Shown here piece by piece: positions 20,510 through 30,392 of a stretch of 64,000 bases of DNA. The stretch is from positions 724-64,723 of the forward strand of contig CBINOT010000001.1 of assembly GCA_966252355.1 (NCBI GenBank), written 5' to 3'. Origin of the DNA: an uncultured Opitutus sp. (GTDB taxonomy: Bacteria; Verrucomicrobiota; Verrucomicrobiia; Opitutales; Opitutaceae). Numbering within the stretch: position 1 is the stretch's first letter; each line of letters begins with the position of its first letter. The notes under the pieces were generated by a model, which worked only from the letters and a program-made list of their open reading frames with translations, was not told where the DNA came from and did no database searches. The translations under genes were made by a program, and so were the position numbers.

Positions 20510-20914
20510 ATGCCTTCCGAACCCTTACGCGCCGCCCTCTCTACGCGGGTGTTGCTCGTGGAAGATTCTCCCGACTGGCAGGATATCCTGACGCGGGTCG
20601 TCCGTTCGTTGCCTCAGCTCGAGCTCGTTGCGGTCGTCGATACGGTGGCGGCCGCGATCGAGGCCCTTGGTTTGCACGCGCCCCACGCGGTGGTGCTCGA
20701 TTTGCATTTACGCGACGGGAGCGGGCACGAAGTGCTGGCCGCCGCGAAGCGCGCCAACCCCGCTTGCAAGGTGATTGTCGTCACCGTGAGCGACTCGCTC
20801 GAGGACGCGCGGCGCTGCCGCGCCTTGGGCGTCGACCATTATATCTCCAAGCACAAAGACGCGGATAAGCTGCGTGTCTTGCTGAACAATATTGGCGCAG
20901 GCGGGGCCAATTGA
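20510..20914 (+). CDS. Single-domain response regulator
   Basis: VLLVEDS, VVLDLHLRDG, VVT, YISK. Confidence 0.88.
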   Translation: MPSEPLRAALSTRVLLVEDSPDWQDILTRVVRSLPQLELVAVVDTVAAAIEALGLHAPHAVVLDLHLRDGSGHEVLAAAKRANPACKVIVVTVSDSLEDARRCRALGVDHYISKHKDADKLRVLLNNIGAGGAN

Positions 20915-20939
20915 GGCGGCTTCGCCGCAAATTTCACTC

Positions 20940-22685
20940 ATGATCATTACGCGTACCTCTAAGTCGCCACTTTCTCCCGGGATTCCGAAGCTGCCGACCG
21001 GCATCACCGGCCTCGACGAAATCACGCGCGGCGGTTTGCCGCGCGATCGCAACACCCTCGTGATGGGCGGTCCCGGCTGCGGCAAGACGGTGCTGGCGTT
21101 GCAGACGTTGGTGAATGGCGCCCGCGATTACGGCGAGCCGGGGATCTTCGTCGCCTTCGAGGAAAACGTGCGCGATATCGTGCGCAACGCGGCGTCGTTT
21201 GGTTGGGATTTGCCCGCTTTGCAGCGCAAGAATCTTTTCTTTTTAGACGTGCGCCCGCGCTTGGACCACACGGCAGCGGGACGCTTCGATCTGCGCGGGT
21301 TGCTGGCCGGGGTCGAAGCCAAGGCGCGCAAGATGAAGGCGCGGCGCGTGGTGTTCGATGCCGTCGACATGCTGCTCGCGCGGCTCGACAATCTGCTCGA
21401 CGAGCGCGTCGAAATGCAACGGCTGCACGACTGGACGTACGGCAGCGGCCTGAGCGGGATCATCACGGCGAAACTCGAGGAAGGCGCCTCGGCTTCGGGG
21501 CAACGTTATGGGTTCATGCAGTTCATGACCGATTGCACCATCTTGCTCAGCCATCAGACCGTGGCTCGGCAATCGCAGCGTGAGCTGCGGGTGCTGAAGT
21601 ATCGCGGCTCAGGCTTCTCGGAAAATGCGGCGCCGATGGTGATCGACGATCGCGGCATGCAGATCGCCTGTATCAGCGCCAACGAGCAGTCGTTTTCGGT
21701 CCGCACGCAGCGGATCAGCAGCGGCGTGCCGCGGTTGGATGCGATGCTGAGCGGCGGTTATTTTATCGGCTCGAGCATTCTGATTTCCGGTGCTCCCGGG
21801 ACCGCGAAGTCCACGCTCAGCGCCAGCTTCGCGGCGGCGGCGTGCCGGCGCGGCGAGCGGGTGCTGTACATCAGCTTCGATGAGATTGGCGGCGAGCATA
21901 CCCGCAATCTCGCATCCGTCGGCATCAAGCTCGCCCCCCACCTGAAACGCGGCTTGCTGAAAATCTACTCCGCGCGCTCCGAGTCGCACACGGTCGAACA
22001 ACACCTGGTGCGGATCCACGCCTTGATTCGCGAGCACCGCGCCCAACACGTGATTTTCGATCCGCTTTCGGCGCTTTTTCGCGCCGGCCAGGAAGCGAAT
22101 GTCCTCAGCGCGGCCGAGCGCCTCTTGCAGATGACGAAGTCCGAAGGCATCACGACCGTGTCGACGAGTTTGCTGGGGCACGGCGACAGCCGGATCGAGG
22201 GCACGCCGCTCGAAGTCTCCACCGTGGCGGACACCTGGATACATTTGAGCTACGCCGTCCAGGCCGGCGAACGCAACCGGGCGCTCACCATCGTTAAGTC
22301 GCGCGGCACGAATCATTCCAATCAGGTCCGCGAGCTGGTGCTCAGCGACCGGGGAGTGACCCTCTCCGACGTGTTCTCCTCTGGCGGTGAAGTGCTGATG
22401 GGCACGCTGCGGTGGCAGCGCGAAGCGGAAGAGCGATCCGCCCACGACCGGTCCGAAGCCGAGTTGAAGCGCAAGGAGCAGGAAATTCACCTCGTCGAAG
22501 CGGACCTCAAAGCCCGCATCGAAGCCGTGCAGCGCGAGCTCGAGTTGAAGCGCCTCGAACTTGGCTCGCTCGCCGATGGCGGCAAATACCGCCGCGCCGA
22601 AGCTGGCCGATTCCGCGCCACGCTCGTGAGCAAACGTCGCGGGGATCGTGACCATGGCATGCAGAATCGGAACGGCGCCGCATGA
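20940..22685 (+). CDS. kaiC: KaiC-family double-domain ATPase
   Basis: KLPTGITGLDEITRGGLP; Walker A GGPGCGKT (CI) and GAPGTAKS (CII); VSTVADTWI (ST phosphosite equivalent); IVKSRGTNHSNQVREL. Confidence 0.95.
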   Translation: MIITRTSKSPLSPGIPKLPTGITGLDEITRGGLPRDRNTLVMGGPGCGKTVLALQTLVNGARDYGEPGIFVAFEENVRDIVRNAASFGWDLPALQRKNLFFLDVRPRLDHTAAGRFDLRGLLAGVEAKARKMKARRVVFDAVDMLLARLDNLLDERVEMQRLHDWTYGSGLSGIITAKLEEGASASGQRYGFMQFMTDCTILLSHQTVARQSQRELRVLKYRGSGFSENAAPMVIDDRGMQIACISANEQSFSVRTQRISSGVPRLDAMLSGGYFIGSSILISGAPGTAKSTLSASFAAAACRRGERVLYISFDEIGGEHTRNLASVGIKLAPHLKRGLLKIYSARSESHTVEQHLVRIHALIREHRAQHVIFDPLSALFRAGQEANVLSAAERLLQMTKSEGITTVSTSLLGHGDSRIEGTPLEVSTVADTWIHLSYAVQAGERNRALTIVKSRGTNHSNQVRELVLSDRGVTLSDVFSSGGEVLMGTLRWQREAEERSAHDRSEAELKRKEQEIHLVEADLKARIEAVQRELELKRLELGSLADGGKYRRAEAGRFRATLVSKRRGDRDHGMQNRNGAA

Positions 22686-23002
22686 AACCTTGCGAAGCCA
22701 GCGGTGCCACCGGTCCTCTCCACCGCTTCAAGCTGTATGTGGCCGGCGACTCGCCGAACTCGGTGCGCGCCAAGGCCAACCTCGAACGCCTTTGCCGTGC
22801 GCGGTTCGGGCATGCCTATTCCATCGTCGTGATCGATGTGCTGCGCGATCCGCTGCGCGCGCTGGCCGCCGGTATCGTGGCGACGCCGAGCGTCGTGCGC
22901 GACGATCTCGAGCCGGCGCGGCTGGTCATGGGCGATTTGCGCGACGAAGCCGAGGCGATCTCCGCGCTGGGGCTGCCGGCGCCGACGGAGCAGCGCGCAT
23001 GA
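22682..23002 (+). CDS. kaiB: KaiB-family protein
   Basis: FKLYVAGDSPNSVRAKANL...VIDVLRDP...IVATPSVVR; overlaps the kaiC stop. Confidence 0.92.
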   Translation: MKPCEASGATGPLHRFKLYVAGDSPNSVRAKANLERLCRARFGHAYSIVVIDVLRDPLRALAAGIVATPSVVRDDLEPARLVMGDLRDEAEAISALGLPAPTEQRA

Positions 23003-25833
23003 GAACGCAAGCCTCTCGCGCATCCGCCGAACACATCGCGGCGCTCGTGCGCAAGCTTTCCGCCGTGGAGTCCGAGCTCCGGGTCGCGACGCTCGGCCAG
23101 GTCGACGTCGTGATCGATACCGCCGGCCACACGATGCTTTTGCGGGAGACGCAACAGGCGTTGCAGGCCGCCAACGAGCGGCTGCGCCAGTTGATGAAAC
23201 ACAGCCCGGGCGTCATCTACTCGATTCCCGCGAACGATCTTTCCGGCACGCCCACCATGATCGGCGAAAGCATCGCGAATCTTCTCGGCGGCGCGGAGGA
23301 GAAGGCGCGCGATGCCCAGTGGTGGAAGGAACTGGTGCATCCCGACGATCGTCCGGTCGCCTCGAACAGCTTGTGCGAAGCCGCCGCCACCGGCGCGAGC
23401 CGGGCGGAATACCGGGTGCGGCATCACGACGGCTCCTATCGTTGGATCGAAGACCACAAGCGCCGTGTCACCGGCGAGGCCGGCGAGCCCGGTGAAATCG
23501 TCGGCGTCTGGACGGAGATCACGGAGCGCCGCGCCGCGGAGGAGCGATTGCGCGTCAGCGAGGCCAGCTTGGCGGCCGCGCAGCGGCTCGCCCACCTCGG
23601 CAACTGGGAAATCGATTTGACCCATCCGTCGGATCTCGCGCGATGCCCGACCCGTTGGTCGGACGAACTATTCCGCATTCTCGGCTACCGGCGCGACAGA
23701 GTGGCCGCTTCGACGGAAGCTCGGCTCTCGCGCGTGCATCAAGCGGACCGGGCCATGCTCGGACAACGCATCGCCACGCTCACCCGGTCGGGGGAGGGCT
23801 ATAATATCACCTACCGGGTGGTCCGGCCCGACGGGGTGGAACGAATCGTGCAAGAGCAGGCGGAGTTTGCGTTCGGCGTGCGCCCGCCGCGGATCATCGG
23901 CTCGGTGCAGGACATCACGCGACGGTTCCGGGCGGAACAGGCGCGCAAGCAAAGCGAAGAGCGCTTCACGAAGATCTTCCGCGAGAGCCCGCTGGCGATC
24001 GCGTATGGCAGCAGCGCCGACGGCGGCCTCATCGATATGAACGACCAATGGCTCGCGTTTTTCGGCTATACGCGCGACGAGCTGATCGGGTCGGAGCAGG
24101 CGCTGTCCTTGTGGGTCTCGCCGGAAGAACGACAGGCGGCCCAGGACCGGTTGGCGGTCGAGGGCAAGCTGCGCAATTTCGAGTGCTTGTTTCGGCCGAA
24201 GACGGGCGAGATCAAGACCGCTCTGCTTTCGCTCGAGCCGTTGCAACTCGGCGAGGAGCGCCTTTGGCTGAAAATGCTGACGGACATCACCGACCGGAAG
24301 CGGAACGAAGAAGCGCTGCGCATGCATAGCCGCGTGCTCGAAAGCATGACGGAGGGCGTGAGCGTTTCCGACGAGTCCGGATTTGTCGTCTTCAGCAACG
24401 CCGCCTGCAACCGCATGTTCGGCTACGCGCCGGCGAGCCTCGTTGGCCTGCATGTCGCGGAGCTCGGCGCTCCGGCGTGCCGCGATTCCAGCGGCTTCAC
24501 GTTCGAGATCGGCGAAGCTCTGGAGCGGACCGGCAACTGGCACGGCGAAGTGCAGAGCCGCCGCAAAGACGGTTCCTTGTTCACGACGCAGGCGCACATC
24601 ACCGTGCTGCAGATCGCGGGAAAGCGCTGCGCGATCGCCGTGCAGGAAGACATCACCCACAAGAAGCAGCTCGAAGCGCAGCTGCTGCGCGCGCAGCGGA
24701 TGGAAAGCGTCGGCCGTCTGGCCAGCGGCATCGCGCACGACATGAACAATATTCTCGCGCCGATCATGATGGTGCCGGCCCTCCTGCGCGGAAAATTGGA
24801 CGCGGACGATGCCGACCGCCTGCTCACGACGATCGAGACGAGCGCGGATCGCGGCGCAAACCTCATCAAGCATCTGCTGTTCTTTGGCCGCGGCGTGGAA
24901 GGCCAGCGGGTCGTCATGCGTTTCAGCGACGCCGTCCGCGAGATCGAGGAAATCATCGGCGAGACTTTTCCCCGCAATATTTCGATCGTCACCGACGTGG
25001 CGCCGGACGCCTGGCCGGTGCGCGCCGATCCCACGCAGCTCCATCAGGTGTTGATCAACCTTTGCGTGAATGCCCGGGACGCAATGCCGAGCGGCGGCTG
25101 CCTCTCCATCGCTGTCCGCAATGTCGCCGCGGGCGAGATCGGGGACGACGCGATGGCGCAGCGGCTGGTTGGGCCGCATGTCCTGCTCGCCGTGCGCGAC
25201 ACCGGCACGGGCATCTCGCCCGAACACGCCGACAAGATCTTCGATCCCTTCTTCACGACCAAAGAGGCCGGGAAGGGCACCGGGCTCGGGCTCTCCACGG
25301 TGCTGGGCATCGTGAAGAATCACGGCGGCTTCGTGACGCTCAAGACCGCCTTGGGCAGCGGCAGCACCTTTCAGGTGTATTTTCCGGCCGCACCGGCGGC
25401 GGAGGCCGATCGCTTGCTCGAGTCCGATGGCCGCTTGCCGATGGGCGGAAACGAAATGGTGCTGCTCGTGGACGACGAAGAAAGCGTGCGCGAAATCGCC
25501 CGGGAACTCTTGATTCGCCACGGCTACGCGGTCCTGACCGCCAGCAACGGTGCCGAAGCGACCGCGCTTTTCGCGCAGTATGCGAAGCAAATTCAGGCGG
25601 TGGTCACCGACGTGGACATGCCGATCATGGATGGCCTGTCGCTTGCCAGGGGGCTCAGGGCGATGAATCCGGCGCTCAAGATCATCGTCGCGACGGGTCT
25701 TCAAGGCGTCATGCGCACCGAGCGCCAGGCCAGCGAGATTGCGGCGCTCGATGTCACGACGCTGGCGAAACCATTCACCGCAGCCACGCTGCTGAGCGCG
25801 CTGCGCGACGTTCTTACCCGGTCGAACGTTTAA
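22999..25833 (+). CDS. Hybrid multi-PAS histidine kinase with C-terminal receiver
   Basis: ATGA overlap with kaiB; four PAS domains; H-box [10 protein letters not shown]; [10 protein letters not shown]; FDPFFTTK...GTGLGL; receiver VDDE...TDVDMP. Confidence 0.93.
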   Translation: MRTQASRASAEHIAALVRKLSAVESELRVATLGQVDVVIDTAGHTMLLRETQQALQAANERLRQLMKHSPGVIYSIPANDLSGTPTMIGESIANLLGGAEEKARDAQWWKELVHPDDRPVASNSLCEAAATGASRAEYRVRHHDGSYRWIEDHKRRVTGEAGEPGEIVGVWTEITERRAAEERLRVSEASLAAAQRLAHLGNWEIDLTHPSDLARCPTRWSDELFRILGYRRDRVAASTEARLSRVHQADRAMLGQRIATLTRSGEGYNITYRVVRPDGVERIVQEQAEFAFGVRPPRIIGSVQDITRRFRAEQARKQSEERFTKIFRESPLAIAYGSSADGGLIDMNDQWLAFFGYTRDELIGSEQALSLWVSPEERQAAQDRLAVEGKLRNFECLFRPKTGEIKTALLSLEPLQLGEERLWLKMLTDITDRKRNEEALRMHSRVLESMTEGVSVSDESGFVVFSNAACNRMFGYAPASLVGLHVAELGAPACRDSSGFTFEIGEALERTGNWHGEVQSRRKDGSLFTTQAHITVLQIAGKRCAIAVQEDITHKKQLEAQLLRAQRMESVGRLASGIAHDMNNILAPIMMVPALLRGKLDADDADRLLTTIETSADRGANLIKHLLFFGRGVEGQRVVMRFSDAVREIEEIIGETFPRNISIVTDVAPDAWPVRADPTQLHQVLINLCVNARDAMPSGGCLSIAVRNVAAGEIGDDAMAQRLVGPHVLLAVRDTGTGISPEHADKIFDPFFTTKEAGKGTGLGLSTVLGIVKNHGGFVTLKTALGSGSTFQVYFPAAPAAEADRLLESDGRLPMGGNEMVLLVDDEESVREIARELLIRHGYAVLTASNGAEATALFAQYAKQIQAVVTDVDMPIMDGLSLARGLRAMNPALKIIVATGLQGVMRTERQASEIAALDVTTLAKPFTAATLLSALRDVLTRSNV

Positions 25834-25846
25834 TCCATATATCCGG

Positions 25847-26227
25847 ATGCCTCACATCTTGATCGTCGATGACGACAGCAATTTTCGCCGGGTCGTCGCC
25901 CTGGCCTTGACCCAGCTCGGCCATACGGTGGACGAAGCGGGCGACGGGGTGGGCGCGATGCGGCGTTATGCGGAAAAAGGTGCGGATGTCGTGATCTTGG
26001 ATCTGATCATGCCCGAAAAAGAAGGGCTGGAAACGCTCACCCATCTCCTGCGGCTGCATCCTGCCGCGCGAGTGATTGCCATGTCGGGCGGGACGCAACG
26101 GATTGCGGCCGGAGATTGTCTCAACTTGGCCAGGCACTTGGGCGCGCGACATGCCCTCCAGAAGCCGTTTCACACCGAAAACCTGGTCCGCGCGGTGAAC
26201 GACGCCCTGGCCGACGTCGACCGGTAG
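25847..26227 (+). CDS. Single-domain response regulator
   Basis: [28 protein letters not shown]. Confidence 0.92.
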   Translation: MPHILIVDDDSNFRRVVALALTQLGHTVDEAGDGVGAMRRYAEKGADVVILDLIMPEKEGLETLTHLLRLHPAARVIAMSGGTQRIAAGDCLNLARHLGARHALQKPFHTENLVRAVNDALADVDR

Positions 26228-26294
26228 GAAGGGCTGGTGTGCGAGCGCACCGCTTTCCGCCGTGAGGACGCTTTACCTCCCCTGGGCGGTCGCG

Positions 26295-26732
26295 CTAAGC
26301 GGTGGTGGTCGACGAATTCGCCGGAACCGCGGCGGAATTCTCGGACCCGCCGAAAGCGTGGTCCACCGCGTGAATCAGATGTTCGAGCCGAAGCGGTTTG
26401 CGCAAGATGGCCGACACGCCCGAGCCGCGACCCAGCTCGAGACAGAGTTCCCGCGGCATGTATTCGCTACCGCCCGACATCGCGATGATCTTGGCGTCTG
26501 GCTGAAGCTTTTTCACCGAGCGGATCACTTCGGTGCCGTCGAATTCCGGCATGACGACATCCGTGACCACCAGGTCGAAGTGATGCGTGGTGAGGTACCG
26601 CAGCACCTCTTCCCGCCCATAGGCGGCGAATACGGAATGCCCTCCCAATTGTAGGGCGGTGGTGAGGATTTGCTGAATCGCAATCTCATCGTCTACAACG
26701 AGTATCGATTTGCCGGAGGGTGTGGGGGGCAT
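26295..26732 (-). CDS. Single-domain response regulator
   Basis: ILVVDDE, VTDVVMPEFDG, AMSGG, LRKP; likely start is ATG 26732. Confidence 0.88.
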   Translation of the reverse strand: MPPTPSGKSILVVDDEIAIQQILTTALQLGGHSVFAAYGREEVLRYLTTHHFDLVVTDVVMPEFDGTEVIRSVKKLQPDAKIIAMSGGSEYMPRELCLELGRGSGVSAILRKPLRLEHLIHAVDHAFGGSENSAAVPANSSTTTA

Positions 26733-27139
26733 GACGGAATAACATCGGACGTCCGGCCGAGAAACTGAGATTTTTGATGCGGAATTATTGGGCCCGTCGG
26801 TGCGCATGGCCTCTCCAGATGTGTTTCACTAAGGCTAGTTAGTGCCTCGTGCGTCGGTGGCGCCCCGGGAGATGGTCCCCGGGTCGGGACCTAGGCGTAA
26901 ACGTCGCGCCCGTGCCGGGACCAGCGCTGAAGACCGTCAGGACACCGCATTTCGCGCGCCGCATTGGCGCTCGCGTGAAGTCCAAATCCGTGGCCATCCC
27001 AACCACCCGTTTCACCCGGGTGCTCGGTGGAGCGGATGCAGCTGCCAATCGCTGGAATTATAGAGCAAAGCATATTACCCTCGGCTAGCGGTGAATTTCC
27101 GGCATAGCACACCGCCTGAAGTTTCCTCCCGCTTACTTT

Positions 27140-27862
27140 ATGCTCGTTCCCCAAATCACCCTCGACCTCGCCGCTCCGGCAGGTTGCACCGTCACCGGTC
27201 TCGTTGGCGCCGCGCGCAGCGGCGATTTTGTTTATGTTTTCGTCGTGTGCGGCGACGGGAATCTGTGGTCCCGCTGGTTTCTGAAAAACTCCTGGTCCAC
27301 GTGGACGAACCTGAATGCTCCGGTCGGCGGGCTTATTCCCGGCGGTAACAATAGCCGCAATGGCGTCATCGTGGCCGGTGGCAGCATCTGGGTGTTCTGC
27401 GCCGCGGCCGACGGAAACGTCTGGACAAACCTGTGGTCGGCGCAAACGCAGCGGTGGAATTGGATGCTCGCGCCGGGCGCGCCGGTCGGGACGAAGGTGA
27501 CGTCGATCGTCGGCGCGACGGCTTCGCCCTTTGCGGTGGCGGTGCGCGTGACGGACGGTTCGACCTGGGGCACGGCGTGGAACGGCGCGGCGTGGCCCTG
27601 GATCAAATCGCCGGCGCCGGCATTTCCCAGCGCGTGCCTGCTCTATTGGGAGAATCGCTGGAACACGCCGAACACTGCGTGCATCACGCTCGCGGCGATA
27701 ACGTGCGGGGTGATGGCGGTGACCGGAGAGGCGCGGAATGGGCCGAGCGGCGTGGCCGATCAGCATTATACGAACATCGCGATCGAGTTTCTGCTGCAGA
27801 ACGGCAAGATCACCTGCCAAGTCGCCGGCACGAACGAAACGACCTACGCGCATACGAGTTAA
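27140..27862 (+). CDS. Trp-rich beta-propeller-blade protein (PLL/fucose-lectin-like)
   Basis: Three blade-like repeats: VYVFVVCGDGNLWSRW...W, IWVFCAAADGNVWTNLW...W, FAVAVRVTDGSTWGTAW...W. Confidence 0.6.
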   Translation: MLVPQITLDLAAPAGCTVTGLVGAARSGDFVYVFVVCGDGNLWSRWFLKNSWSTWTNLNAPVGGLIPGGNNSRNGVIVAGGSIWVFCAAADGNVWTNLWSAQTQRWNWMLAPGAPVGTKVTSIVGATASPFAVAVRVTDGSTWGTAWNGAAWPWIKSPAPAFPSACLLYWENRWNTPNTACITLAAITCGVMAVTGEARNGPSGVADQHYTNIAIEFLLQNGKITCQVAGTNETTYAHTS

Positions 27863-28043
27863 CGTCGGGCCAGCCGGAACAGTCTAACTGCCGCGACATG
27901 CGGCGGCTTTAAGCTATCGAGAGGTTGCGAGCGTAAGCTGACAAATCGTCGAAGCATTTAGTTTCGGACGGGCCGAATGGCGGCTCGTGTTCGCGTTCTC
28001 CGCAGCCGACGTCGTCGTGTTCGGTATCCGGCTCGTACATGGG

Positions 28044-28154
28044 GTCGATCACTTGTGCGAGCACAAGCTCGCCGCCGTCTGGTCGGTTGCCGAGCGTTAC
28101 GCCAATTTCGAGTCGTCGCGATCGTGCGTTACCGTGATCACCGTGCGACTGATC
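28044..28154. repeat. 111-bp direct repeat, copy 1
   Basis: Colinear with 29164..29274; 19 mismatches in 111 bp by hand count. Confidence 0.85.
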
Positions 28155-28179
28155 GACAACAACAGGGTAAGTGAAGCCG

Positions 28180-28604
28180 CTAGAATTTCGGCACGCCCTT
28201 TCGCGTGCCTTTGTTCGCTGATGCGAGGGCCAATGGCCCCCACACGGCGACGGACGCAACGACGGTAATACTGGCGAGTAATCCTACTCCGGCGGGCTCA
28301 ACGGTCGCCAACAGGCCAATCAGCAACGCCATGAGCGCAGAGACGAAGAGCAACCCCCCGTCTGCCTGGGTCGCGCACGTAAGGTCCGGCAGCGGAGATC
28401 GCGTAAAACACCGCGACCGGCCAGACGATATGCTCAGATGTGCGATGCACCGACGCGCTACCGTCTCCGGCGTTCATCGCAAACGCATGCCCAATTCCGA
28501 CTATCACGAGTGCGCCAAACGTCACCAGCGCTCCATACGCAAAGGTACAAAATCGCGCCTACGAGCTTCGCTGTTCCTCGATGCCGGTCGCCCTGCGCGA
28601 TCAT
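28180..28604 (-). pseudogene. Frameshifted small multi-TM membrane protein
   Basis: ATG 28604 overlaps the upstream TGA. Hydrophobic segments lie in three frames (KLVGAILYLCVW; AYGALVTFGALVIVGIG...IVWPVAVFYAI; GGLLFVSALMALLIGLL...VVASVAVWG). Stop at 28180. Confidence 0.4.
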
Positions 28605-29160
28605 GGCTGCCGGACGGACGTGGTTGGCAACGGTGCGACATCCTGCATCGGATCGTATTCCAGATTCCGCGAACCAGTCGGATTGGTATAGGCATCGATT
28701 CCAAAACCAGTTTTCGGTCTGTCGTAATCCGTGGTAAATCGAGCCTTCACACGACTGTATCTCCCATGGCTCTTAAGATAAAAAGCTACGGTGCGCTGCG
28801 CACTCCACTTCGGATCCTGCGTCGAGACTGAGATCGTGAGCTTCGGCTCGTAGCCCGATTCCGGTGCGCGATACATAAACTCGTCGGTCGAGGCGATGAC
28901 CCCGCCATCGACAGCCTCGATCGTCGCTGTCCAGTCGTATTTCTGGCCGGCTTGTATGTCCCGCGGCGTGCGGACGAGGACTACACTTAGGCCTCCACCT
29001 GACGGCACTTCGCGCCCATTCAGCAGATCGAAGTTAACCGGCGTGCCGTCATAAGGGATGCTCACACCGGGACTCTTGTGCACGAGTTTCTCAGCGCCTG
29101 ATTTCTTCCACATCTTGAACACCTCCGACTTCGAGCTGTCCGGCGTATACTCAGCAGTAT
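28601..29160 (-). pseudogene. C-terminal half of a second candidate immunity protein (5'-truncated)
   Basis: YTPDSSKSEVFKMWKK, W.ATIEAVDGGV..STDEFMYRAPESGYEP and NPTGSRNLEYDP align with YRPDSAQPIVF, WAARVSVPGGGL..ATDEFPFDAPEEGYVP and NTKSGSRNLEVDP of 29350..30381. The N-terminal TM half is missing. Confidence 0.8.
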
Positions 29161-29163
29161 CTG

Positions 29164-29274
29164 GTCGATCACTTGCGCGAGCACAAGCTCGCCGCCGTGT
29201 GGCCGATTGCCGAACGTTACGCCAATCTCGAACCGTCCCAACCGTGCGTCACCGGCATCACCATACGGTTAATC
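29164..29274. repeat. 111-bp direct repeat, copy 2
   Basis: Colinear with 28044..28154; abuts the truncation point of the immunity-like fragment. Confidence 0.85.
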
Positions 29275-29349
29275 TCGGACAAGTCCGGTGGCGCAGCAGG
29301 GTAGCGCGAGCAGAGCCGCGTGGCGCGTCCATCCTGCATCTTTGGGGCT

Positions 29350-30381
29350 TCACGGACTGACGAGTTTTTGCGGATCGACTTCTAAGTTCCGACTCCCCGA
29401 CTTGGTGTTGAAGTAGGATGTGACGTAAACCCACGCCATCCCGGGTGTATTTCTCACGACTACACGCCCGTAACCTTGCGGTGTTTTTACGAAAAACTGT
29501 GCACCATTGTCCCCTGACCATGCGGGCGACCTCGGACTCTTGTTCGACAGTTCTATTGCCGGCACGTAGCCTTCTTCTGGGGCGTCAAACGGAAACTCAT
29601 CCGTGGCAAACGTGAGTCCGCCTCCAGGAACGCTCACCCGCGCTGCCCACCCACGAGGGCTTTCGTCCGTGTTGGGCAACCTCTCGACAATGATCGCCGC
29701 CCCGCCTGGACCGATCGCAAAGGATTTCGACTGCCCTGGCTGCAATTCAGCCTCCTGGTTCTCGCGGAAGATCAATGGTTCTGCTTCACGATTCTTCCGC
29801 AGCACAAACACTATCGGCTGCGCTGAGTCAGGACGGTAATACCTTTCGTCAGCAAACATCGCGTAATCGAAGGAGAACCGATTTTTCAGAACATAGGTTC
29901 GGTATCCTTCTTTCTCGATCCGGACCGTTAAGGTCCTCCCAATTGCATCGGTGAGAGAAAAACGCCCTGTGGCATCACTGATGGTGCTCTGTTGACTGGT
30001 TCCTTTGGCGCTGAGATTGGTCCAACTGAACATCACCAAAGCGCCGGAAACCGGCTGTCCCTTTTCGTCGACCACGAGACCGTAAAACGAAATGGGCATT
30101 TTAAGGTCGAAGAACCGATCCTTCGCACTCATCTCACGCCACCATGCCCATTTCTCAGCTTCGCTTGCGCCTTGTGGTGGAGGCTGAACGACCTGCTGCG
30201 GGTTAATAGGAGGCACCGAAGTGGCCGACGGCTGCTTTTCAGATTTTGCTGTCGCCGGTGCCGGTGCTTTTTGCGGCCCCCGTTCAGCCAAGGACGGACC
30301 GACGCGGTGAAGCCAAAGGTAAACTGCCAACAACGCCACCAGCAGCACCACGACTGTCCACATGAGATTACGCGGTTTCAT
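29350..30381 (-). CDS. Membrane-anchored protein with carboxypeptidase-regulatory-like domain; candidate immunity protein
   Basis: N-terminal TM segment; FYGLVVDEKGQPVSGA...SDATGRFSL...VRIEKEGY fold; starts 11 bp after the hydrolase stop. The immunity role is inference. Confidence 0.75.
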   Translation of the reverse strand: MKPRNLMWTVVVLLVALLAVYLWLHRVGPSLAERGPQKAPAPATAKSEKQPSATSVPPINPQQVVQPPPQGASEAEKWAWWREMSAKDRFFDLKMPISFYGLVVDEKGQPVSGALVMFSWTNLSAKGTSQQSTISDATGRFSLTDAIGRTLTVRIEKEGYRTYVLKNRFSFDYAMFADERYYRPDSAQPIVFVLRKNREAEPLIFRENQEAELQPGQSKSFAIGPGGAAIIVERLPNTDESPRGWAARVSVPGGGLTFATDEFPFDAPEEGYVPAIELSNKSPRSPAWSGDNGAQFFVKTPQGYGRVVVRNTPGMAWVYVTSYFNTKSGSRNLEVDPQKLVSP

Positions 30382-30392
30382 GGATTACAACG

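Noticed and set aside
27800-28000. att site, tRNA or integrase at the island borders (also 50000-50150)
   Set aside because: I saw no direct repeat shared by both borders, no tRNA cloverleaf and no recombinase ORF.
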